DNA of 64,000 bases from Piromyces finnis finn (lineage: Eukaryota; Fungi; Neocallimastigomycota): the NCBI GenBank assembly GCA_002104945.1, contig MCFH01000008.1:992001-1056000 (forward strand). Reading direction: 5' to 3'. Below are positions 20,755 to 36,006 of this stretch, piece after piece. The translations under genes and the position numbers were made by a program. The notes under the pieces are model-generated. The model saw only the letters and a list, made by a program, of their open reading frames with translations, had not been told where the DNA came from and searched no databases. Each line of letters starts with the position of its first letter. Within the stretch, counting starts at the first letter, position 1.

Positions 20755-22656
20755 ATGGCAATTGAAGTTACCTTTAAACATGATACTGAAAAGTATCCAA
20801 CCAAGATTAAGGTATAACTAAATGTTAAGATTATAATTGATGGAAAATTATTAAAAATATTGAATATAAATAAACAAAAATAATGATGTTTTCACAAATA
20901 AGGAATTAAATTTCAAAAATTATATAATAAAAGTAAAAATCATATGTATAATAATTTTAATTATAATTTTAATGTATAATATATATTATAATAAAAACTA
21001 AAAAATAAATTAGGATTTATTAAAAAAGTACGGTATTAATCCAAACATCCCAAATGAAGAAGCAGTTCAAATTCTTCAACGTACTCCACAATTTGTCCAA
21101 GATACTCAAGATTATGCAAAGGAAAGAGAAAATTATAAAAAAATGTCAAATGAAGAAATTAGTAAACTTCCACAATGTGATGAAAAGTGGATTATGTCTT
21201 ATGGTAATAACAAAATTATTATTGTAGATGAAGAAACTGAAATGACAAGAATGTCATATGAATGTAAGAAATTAGAACAAGAAGAAATTATAAAGGCTAT
21301 TGCTATGTCTATGGCTCTTCCTCTTGAAAACAGTGGTCCAACTCGTATTCCAAAGTAATTATTAAATATAAAAATTAAGTAAGCTATATTATTCAAATGA
21401 ATCATAATATTTATATTTATATACTTCAAAATTATAAATAAAAACATATCATAAAAAATAGTATCTTTTCAATGAGCAAGGATTTCGAAAAATTCAAAAT
21501 TTACATAGGCCAATACCTTGAACAATTTAAGGTTGATTGTGAAATTGATGGAAAAATTGTTGCAAAGGAAGAAATTAAGAAAGCAGCTAGAGAACTTACT
21601 CCAGAACAAGAAAAGGCTGAAAAAGAAGCTGAAGATATTAAGAAGGAAGGAAACCTTCATTTTATTAAAAAAGAAAACAAAGAAGCTATTGAATTATATA
21701 CTAAGGCTATTGAAATTTTAACTAAAGAAAATCTTTATACAGATAATGAACCAAAAGAATTATTAAGTGTTCTTTACTCTAATCGTGCTGCTTCTTATTT
21801 ATTACTTGAAGAAAATGAAAAAGCTCTTGCTGATGCTGAAAGCTCATTAAAATATAAACCATTCTGGGATAAAAGGTATTTTTTCATATATTTAAAAACC
21901 AAGATATATTCATAAAAATAAAAATTAAACATTCTAAATATTAAAAATTTAAAAATAATTATAAATATATATAGTCATTACAGAAAGACTAAAGCATTAT
22001 TAGCTTTAAACAGAAAGAAAGATGCTATTAAGTCATTATGTAAGGTATTAAAAGAAGAAGATTTAAGTGAAGAAGAAGAAAAACATATTTTAAATATTTT
22101 AATAGATGTTACTGGATTAAATTCTGAAAAGGTTGACGATATTGTTGCTGTTATTGATGATCACCGTTATGAAAAAGAAGATGCTTTATTAATTGCTGCT
22201 TGCCATCAATTATTAAAGTTAGTATTAAATGAACCAGGTTTAATTGAGAAAAAGGAAGTCGATGAAAATGAAGCTAATATTCAAGCTCAAGAAATTACTG
22301 ATAATATTATTAAACAATTAGCTGCTAAAGAAGAATCTAATGATAACACTCCAATTGATCCAAACATTCGTCAACAAATTGCTGAAGATGAACCAAAATG
22401 GAAGGGAGAAGAAGAAATGATTCGTGGTTTCAAGAAGATGTACATTCAAAAAGATTTCGTTGAACGTGGTATTGCTGATAGACTTGCTCAACGTTTCCTT
22501 AAGCATAAGAATCCAGTTTTACAACAATATGGAAGACAATTTGGTGAAACCCACTTTGCTTGGTCTGAAGAAGGTCAAAAGGCTTATAATGATAATCAAG
22601 GTTTTGAATTATTTGCCCAAGACTTAGGTCTTACTGGTGCTATGGGTTTCTTCTAG
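20755..22656 (+). CDS. Uncharacterised UIM-like + TPR-repeat protein; 4 exons
   Basis: Spliced ORF from MAIEVTFKHD. UIM-like LEQEEIIKAIAMSM; TPRs AEDIKKEGNLHFIKKENKEAIELYTKAI, LSVLYSNRAASYLLLEENEKALADAESSL, HYRKTKALLALNRKKDAIKSL. High-expression codon bias. Confidence 0.8.
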
Positions 22657-23715
22657 ATCTATTATAATTAAAATAAGAAACAAATTGAATAGAATATATC
22701 AATATCTAAAGAAATTATTAACTAAAAAAAAAGTTATAACGCAAGACATATATATAAACGAAAAAAATATAATAAATATATATATCTAATGAATTATTAA
22801 TTAAAATTACTCCAATATATATATATTTATAAAAAAAAAAAAGAAAATAAAATAGAATAAAATATGAATAGTATAATTTATTAATAACAAAATATATTAT
22901 TTTATTTTGTTTTAGTTTCTTTTTTTTTTTTTATTTTTTTTTTAAAGTGCAAATTATCAAAAGATATCTGAAAAAAATAATATAAATAGAATATAATATT
23001 TATTAATTTGTAGTATATTTTTTAAAAAATGTATTAACAATGTGATTAAATTTAAATTTAAAAATTACTAAATAATGTATTAAAAAAAAAAAAAACCTAA
23101 AATAAAATATTTTTAATAGAAAAATAAAATTAAATATTTATTTTTTATTTTATTTTTATTTTATTTTATCAATATAATTTTACCAGTAAAAAAGTAATGT
23201 TTTATTTTTATAAAAGGCTTTTACAATGCTATAAGCATTTTTTTTTTTCTTAATTTTTTAACTTAATGTGGTAACAAAAAAAAACTTTACCACAAAAATT
23301 AATTAATTAGTTAATTAATTAATTTTTTTTTTAAAAAAAAAAAAAATTATTATTGGATTCAAAGCAAATTTTAATTTTAAATTATTTTAAATTTTAAGGA
23401 TTAAACAGAAAATTTATATATTATCTTTTTATAAACTTAACCATTCATTTCAATATAAATAGAACTACTAAATATTTTTCTTCTTCTTCTTCATTTTCAT
23501 TTACAATATAGTTTTTAGCATTTTATTAATATATAGTTAATTATTATATTAAATGATAGACCATTATATAGAATTATTTTTAAAAAATAAAACTAAAATT
23601 TAAATTGTAAATAACCAAAAAATAGAGATAAAATAAATTAATAACAATAATAAATTAATATTTTAATATAAATAAAAAAATACTATTAAATATTAATAAT
23701 AGAAAAACATAGAAA

Positions 23716-26691
23716 ATGAACACTAGTATTGATAAAGATTTAAAAAAAATCTTACTTAGAAGAAGAAATAAAGTAATAATTGATAGTAATCAAAATATTT
23801 GTGATGTATATAAGAATGAAATTTTGAATGGTATTAAATGTAATGATAATCTTAAAAATTGTTGTTACTCTATTGAAAGTATAAATGAAACAGTAATTAT
23901 TATAAAATTTAATAATATATTATTAGAATTTGAAAATGGAGAAATAAAAAAGAATATTAAGGAAATTGAAACTTTTGAATCAGAATTTATCGCACTTTCA
24001 AAAATAATAAAAGAGGAAACAGAAAAAATTCAAAAAAGAATGGTTCTTTCTCTTTCATTTAATGAAAACTTAAACAATCTAGGTTATTCTATGGATGAAA
24101 ATATGTTTAGAGTTGTCTCTACTTTTAGTACTAATGAAATAGATGAATTGAATAAAGAACTTATTCCAGCGTTAAAAGAAATTATAGGGGATAATGTTTG
24201 GTATAATCCTTTATATCCAAATTTTCCAAAACAAGTTATTGAAGAAAAAAGAGCTCATCTTTATCTTTATGCACTTCTTCATTATTGGACAAATGGAAAA
24301 TTTTACCCTTTTACTGAAGTTGAGGAAAGAAATAAAACGCCAATTGAAGTTCAATATAAAAATATTACTATAGGTAAAGAGGAAGATATTCATGAACTTA
24401 TGTATAATTTAATGAATGCAGCTGAATCAATTTCTGAACAAGATATAAAAGATTTAGAAACATATTTTAATAAGTATAAAGATTTTAATAAATATATCCC
24501 AGAAACTATTTGTAATAAAGAAAATCTTGCTATTATAACAAATTTAATTATTAAAAATAGTGAAGAAATTCCAATTGATAAAATTATTCCAAAATTCAAC
24601 GTTGTTACAGATGTTTTAAGATTATCAGCTGTAATGTCTGGAAATAGTGCTTCTTTAAATAATAAAATAAAATTTAAGTCATTTTCTAATAGAGAAAGAA
24701 GATTATTAATGCAATTATTAAACAATTGTGGAAATAGATTAGAAGATTTCTTTAGATATAGAAATTTATGGGAAAGAGTATGTGAAAGAATTCACCCTGG
24801 TAAATATAGAAGTACATATCCCGATTTAGTTGATGATTTATTAGGCGCTTATAAATTTAAGAAGAATAGTAAAGCATATAAGAAGGAAATTGAAAGTTAC
24901 GAGAAAATTTTGAATTGGTATAATATCTTTAATAATAATCCAAAATCAAAATCATTTTCTATTTTTATTGAAGAAATTGAAAAGTTATTTAAAATTAGAC
25001 CAAAAATCCCGAATGAAATTTTTGAATATCTTAATAATGCAAAATGTAAATGTAAATGTAATGACAGTGAAAATGAATTTAGTATTGATGTTTCAATAAT
25101 TAAGGAAAGACACGATAAATTAAATGTAATGCTAGTAGAATCATCAAAACAAATGAAGGAATATAAGCAAAATAACAGGAGATTCTCATCGAAAGTTGAA
25201 GCTAAATTGAGTAATAAAGAATTTGATGAAGCTATGAATCTTTTGTCTCAAAAGCCAGGTGTCTTTTCAAGACGTCTTGATGAGTTATTATCGAAAGTAT
25301 CTGATGATGATAAAGTTATTGGTTATTTTGAAAATATTGCACCAAAAGTTTCTGTTAAAGTATTACTTAGTTTAAAGGGTTATTTCCAAAACCGTTTCAA
25401 AAAACTAAAGGTAAGAGTGTTTTTAATTAAAGGAAAAGTTTCAAAGCATTGTTTAAAAACAAAAGTTAAGGAAGAGTTAGATATGTCGGTTTGTGAAAAA
25501 ATTTGTGAGATTTGTGACAAGGCTTTAATTAATCATTTCAAAGATAAACCAAAATTGAATAATGTTTATTTAAGTGAAAAGATGAAGAAACAAATCATTC
25601 CTCTTGATATAAGAAGTGCAAGTTCAGCCATGGAAACTTATTCTAAAGGCTCCAGATTTGATTTATTTTTCAAGAAGTTAACTGCAGAAGAGCAGGAACA
25701 ACATATAAAAGACTTGAATATAGAATTAGCAAATAATGAAGAAATATTAAAAAAAAACGAAGAAGAATTAAGTCACCTAAAAAATGATTTAGCTAATGAG
25801 GAAAAGACTGAAGAAGAAAAAAAGAAAATTAATGATGAAATTGTAAAAGTTAATAATAAAATTAGAAAGATAAACGAAGAAATTTCAAATAATAAAAATA
25901 TGATTGAATTTGCCAATTCTAGGCTAGGTAAGGATAAATGTAATAAAGTTAGATTGTTTATATGGTGGACAAATACAAAAAAAGATGAAAGAGTAGATAT
26001 TGATTTATCAGTAATGATTTATGATGAAAATCTTGTGGATTTAGGACATGTTTCATTTAAAAATTTAGGAAATGATAAATATAAAATATATCACTCTGGT
26101 GATATAGTTGATGGTGGTGATTTTGATGGAGATGGTGTAGCAGAATTTATTGATTTTGATCCTGATGAGATTTTAAGTAACGGAGGTCGCTATATTGCAA
26201 CTAGTGTTATTTCTTTCAATGGGTTAGCTTTCAATAAGCTTGATAATTGTAAATTTGGTTGGATGGAAAGAGAAGATTTAAATAGTAATGAATTATTTGA
26301 ACCAAAAACAGTAAGACAAAAGTTAGATATTAATACTGAAAAAACATCTACCACACCAGTCATATTTGATTGTAAAACTCGTGAAATTGTTTGGGTTGAT
26401 GCTACATTAACTGGTAATAAAATTTGTGTGTGCATTGAAAATTCAAAAGAACCAATGAATGCAATTCTATATTATTATCTTAATCCATTAAAATGTAATA
26501 TGTATGATTTATTTGATCTACATATTCAAGCTAGAGGCGGAAAATTAGTTAATACTGAAGAGGAATTATCAGAAGGTGATGTTGCTTTTGTACCATATTT
26601 ACCATATAAATGTAAGGAAGGTGTTAAGTACATTCGTCCAACTGATTTAGATATAGTTTTATCTGAATATATGACATCTGCATTAGATTAA
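23716..26691 (+). CDS. Intronless 991-aa bacterial-type protein with C-terminal TerD-like domain (Ter stress-response-associated family)
   Basis: Single uninterrupted 2,976-nt ORF among intron-rich genes. Motifs recalled from a bacterial/phage family: ILLRRRNKV, NPLYPNFPKQV, ALLHYW, TDVLRL, ERIHPG, PGVFSRRLDELL, RSASSA, GSR, IWWTN...VDIDLS, HSGDI, EFIDFD, FGWMERE, FEPKTVRQK, PVIFDC, VWVD. Confidence 0.85.
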   Translation: MNTSIDKDLKKILLRRRNKVIIDSNQNICDVYKNEILNGIKCNDNLKNCCYSIESINETVIIIKFNNILLEFENGEIKKNIKEIETFESEFIALSKIIKEETEKIQKRMVLSLSFNENLNNLGYSMDENMFRVVSTFSTNEIDELNKELIPALKEIIGDNVWYNPLYPNFPKQVIEEKRAHLYLYALLHYWTNGKFYPFTEVEERNKTPIEVQYKNITIGKEEDIHELMYNLMNAAESISEQDIKDLETYFNKYKDFNKYIPETICNKENLAIITNLIIKNSEEIPIDKIIPKFNVVTDVLRLSAVMSGNSASLNNKIKFKSFSNRERRLLMQLLNNCGNRLEDFFRYRNLWERVCERIHPGKYRSTYPDLVDDLLGAYKFKKNSKAYKKEIESYEKILNWYNIFNNNPKSKSFSIFIEEIEKLFKIRPKIPNEIFEYLNNAKCKCKCNDSENEFSIDVSIIKERHDKLNVMLVESSKQMKEYKQNNRRFSSKVEAKLSNKEFDEAMNLLSQKPGVFSRRLDELLSKVSDDDKVIGYFENIAPKVSVKVLLSLKGYFQNRFKKLKVRVFLIKGKVSKHCLKTKVKEELDMSVCEKICEICDKALINHFKDKPKLNNVYLSEKMKKQIIPLDIRSASSAMETYSKGSRFDLFFKKLTAEEQEQHIKDLNIELANNEEILKKNEEELSHLKNDLANEEKTEEEKKKINDEIVKVNNKIRKINEEISNNKNMIEFANSRLGKDKCNKVRLFIWWTNTKKDERVDIDLSVMIYDENLVDLGHVSFKNLGNDKYKIYHSGDIVDGGDFDGDGVAEFIDFDPDEILSNGGRYIATSVISFNGLAFNKLDNCKFGWMEREDLNSNELFEPKTVRQKLDINTEKTSTTPVIFDCKTREIVWVDATLTGNKICVCIENSKEPMNAILYYYLNPLKCNMYDLFDLHIQARGGKLVNTEEELSEGDVAFVPYLPYKCKEGVKYIRPTDLDIVLSEYMTSALD

Positions 26692-27081
26692 AAAAATAAA
26701 TAACATATATAATAAAAAAAAAAAAGGCTTTTTTAAATACAATTTTTATTACTTAAATACTATATAATATATTATATTTATATATAAATTACTCTTTATA
26801 ATTATTATTTTTTTAATTATATGTTTTTACTTTTATTACAAATTTATGTAAAGTTTTAATTTCATATGTATTTTATTTCAGTATATAATTGAAAAATAAC
26901 ATTAAATAATAAAGATTTTTAAAATCAAAGATAAATGCCAAATCATGTATTAAAAAAATTTTTTTTTTCTTCATTTTATTAATATATTATTAAGAAATTA
27001 TTTCATTATATATTAAATAAAAATTAAATATCAAAAAATATTTTTTTTTTATTTTAAAAGTAAGAGTAGAATCAATTTGAA

Positions 27082-28886
27082 ATGTTTTTAGGAAAAATTA
27101 ATGTAAATGAACCTATCTATACAGTGAAATGTTGTGAAGTCAATAAAAATATTAAAGAAAATGAAAACAATGTAGAATTATATGATATGATAGCATATGG
27201 TAGATATTATTTAATAATTTAGTTAATTAAAATAAAAATTAATTTCTTTTTTTTTTTTTGTTAGGATGTGAAACACAGCTTGGTATTTTAAGGAACGGGA
27301 ACGAATATAAAAATAAGGTATATTTATAATAATAAAACAATTTAATGGTAAAAGTATATATGAGAAATAATAATTAAAAAGATTTTTTAAATATATATTG
27401 TATATTCTTTTCAAATTAAAATAATAATGTTAGCAAATGTAAGTATTAAAAAGTTATAATTATATCTAAACTTTTTTTTTTTTTTTTTTTTTTTTTAACT
27501 AAAAACAAATAAAAAAATATAAATATTTAAAAATAATAAATTAACACATATTTATATATTTTCTTTTGATATTTATTTATTATTATTTTTTTTTAAAGTT
27601 CATATGAAGTACATCACAAGTATTTATGTGGCTCAAAAATTAATTCAATTTCTTGGTCAAATGAATCATATTTATATAAAAAAAATAATGAATTTGTTTC
27701 AAATATATTGTAAGATTTCATTTGGATATGGATATATATATATACATATATTATTATTTCATTTTTATAAAAATTTATCAATTAATTTATGTATATACAA
27801 TATAAAATAGAATTGCAACAACAAGCACAGATAAAAATATAAGAGTGTATAATAATGATAACATAGAGATTATTTCAGGTCATAAAGATTTTATCAATGA
27901 TATAGCATTTGGATATGATAAATCAGAAAGAATTTTGGCTTCAGTCAGTGGTAAATTTTGTATTAATTATTTCTTTAAATTTATTTAAATTAAATGTTAA
28001 ATGTTTAAAAAAATTTATTAAGATGATCGTACATGTAGAGTATGGAAAATATCAAAAGATCAAAAAAATAATCAATCAGAAGAATATTATAGAATAATAT
28101 TAAAAAGTTCAGGACAATCAGTTAGTTTTCATAAACAAAATGTACAATTAATGATGGTCGCCGAAAGAAATGGTTCAATAAGAATTATTAACTGGAAAAC
28201 CTCAGAATTTTTATTTACATTTTATGAACCAGGTCTTGAAGATATCGGTAGTTTAAATACTGTCGAAAGTGCTATTGGCTTAAGATCTGCAGATTGGAAT
28301 CCAAATAATTTACATATGTATGAAATAATATTGAATTTTTATTTATTTGTAAAGTTTTATTAATAATAAATATATTAAAATAAATTAGAATTGGGTCCGT
28401 TATTGGACAAAAATTTTATATATGGAATACATCTGAAGCACCAGTACATAAATATATTTATTCAGGAAATGTTCATAAAGATGGTTCAAAGTGTATAAAG
28501 TAAGTAGTTAAGAATCAATAATTTTATTATGAAATGTAATAAAAAATGTTCATGTATTTATTAAATAAAATGAAATTAAATATATATGTAGATTCTCATC
28601 AAATGATGAAAATTATTTTGCAACATTATCATCATCAACTAAGAGAACAATTTATATTCACAAATTAACTATGAAAGGTAATAATAATATATATACTTTA
28701 AAAACAAAAGATAAAAAACAATAAACTGATTAAATATTAATTTATATTCATATAGTTCCAATAAAATTAGACGTACCAAATAATTTACCATTAGCTCAAA
28801 TTGAATCTATTTGTTGGCATTCAACCAAACCGTTATTAGTTGGTTGCATTGGTAATCAATTATTATTTTGGGAAATAAATGTTTAA
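27082..28886 (+). CDS. NUP37: Nucleoporin Nup37-like WD40 protein; multi-exon, including a predicted 5-nt micro-exon
   Basis: Spliced motifs IAYGG, INSISWS, GHKDFINDIAF, LASVSDDRTCRVW, LMMVAERNGSIRI, LRSADWNP, ICWHSTKPLLVG, LLFWEINV* follow the order of Nup37 blades. Confidence 0.85.
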
Positions 28887-29146
28887 AATTCGTTTTATTT
28901 GGATATATAAAGTTTCAATATTTTTTAAATATTTTAAATATTTTCAATATACTTTAAATATTATTAATATATTAATAGATGGATATATAAATTTTATTTA
29001 AAACATGTTTAAAATCAGTCGAAATATTAAAATAAAGATAATTTCTAACAATAATTATAATAGTATTAAATTTATTATTGGTATATTAATATTTATTAAA
29101 TTATATGTAATTTTTATCAATTGATAATAATAATTCATTTAATGGT

Positions 29147-34312
<5,166 letters not shown>

Positions 34313-34815
34313 TGTTATTATTATTATTGTTATTATTATTGTTTTTGTTGTTGCTGTTGTTATAAATATTGTTGAAATAAATTGGTATATAAAAATGTAT
34401 TTATTTATATATATTTATAATATATAAATAACACTTTTTTTATTATATTTAATAAAGTACAAAAATTATAGCTACTAATGCGCGTAGCAAAAAATGAAAT
34501 TTTTTATAAATCTAATTAAATATAAAAAATTTAAAATTAAATTTTTAATATAGTTTAATAATTTTATTAATAATATATTTAAATAATTACATAAAAATAA
34601 AATAAAATAATATTATAAATATTTATTATTATTATTATTATTATTCTTTTTTATTTTTTTTTAATATTTATTTATAAATACTAAGTTATAATTTTTACAT
34701 AAAATTTTTATCAAAAATGTATCTTTATATATCTTTATAAGATATTATTATATTAGTATATTATGATAATAAAGACGTTTGTATTGTGAGATTATTATTC
34801 CATCTAAATTAGAAT

Positions 34816-35963
34816 TTATTCTTTTTGAGGATTAATCCATATATTTGAAAGATCGTCAGATGACCATAATGAATTTATATTATTAGAGGTTGTTAATTTA
34901 GAAAAATAATCATTATTATCTGAATACCATTCATCACTGTTTGTATATAATAAATTATCACTTCCTAAATGAGTAACCTCATTTGTTTGAGTAGTATTAT
35001 TTTCAGATAAATTACTTTTTTTATTAATTTGATATGGAAAATCGATAAAACAATTTGAATCAGAAATTGTATCATTATTTGATGAAGAATTAAAAAACAG
35101 AGTCTCAGTTAATGATTCATTTAACTGAGGTGAAATATTAATATAATCTGATACATTTAAATTATTAACCTTTTCAATATTTTTATTATTTGTCTCAATT
35201 TTTTCATTTATTATACTTTTATTGTTATTATTTTTAGAATCATCATTTTCTGTCATTTCTATATCTTTGTTATTTTCAGTATCTTTTTGATCATTTTCAT
35301 TTATATTTTTATTTTTGGTATCTTCATCAGATTTTTCAGTCTTTTCCCCTTTATTTTCGGTTATATCATTTTTAATTATTTTATCATTTTTATTTAAAAC
35401 ATCATTTTCTTTATTGGCAGAATTTATTTCTTTTTCATTTAGTTTATCATTCTTTATATTTTCTTTTTCATTTATATTTAATGTAGGATTTAAATTTAAA
35501 AATTTATCATCCATCATAAATATTTGGAATGTATTTAATTGGTCATTTATATTTATTGGTACTTCTTGAGATAGCGAATTTAGTGGAATTGGCTCTACGG
35601 GCATTAATTGAGTTGAATTAATAGTTTTACCTGATTCATTAATAGCATCAGAATTCATTGATGAGGACGAATTATAGTTTTTGTCTTTTACCATCATACG
35701 TAGTCTTAATCTTTTTTGAATATTATCTTTTATTACATTTTTCGGATGTAAATTTTCTTGTATAGTTTCTATATTATTTATATTATGTTCATTCATATTT
35801 TTTGAATTTGCATTTAACTCATTAGAATTATATATCATATTATCATTATTAATATTATTATTATTACTATTACTATTATTATTATTACAATCATTATTAT
35901 TGTTGTTGTTATTATTGCTATAATTAATATTATTACTATTATTACTATTATTAATATTATTAC

Positions 35964-36006
<43 letters not shown>

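Noticed and set aside
14616-26691. Idea of an intron-poor, horizontally acquired island (GSIII, TPR, Ter-like)
   Set aside because: An ordinary intron-rich PIG-U gene sits in the middle, the TPR gene looks eukaryotic, and codon usage differs between the genes.
26714-26734. A-run/GGC/T-run after the Ter-like gene as a retained bacterial rho-independent terminator
   Set aside because: No GC-rich stem; poly-A and poly-T runs are ubiquitous here.
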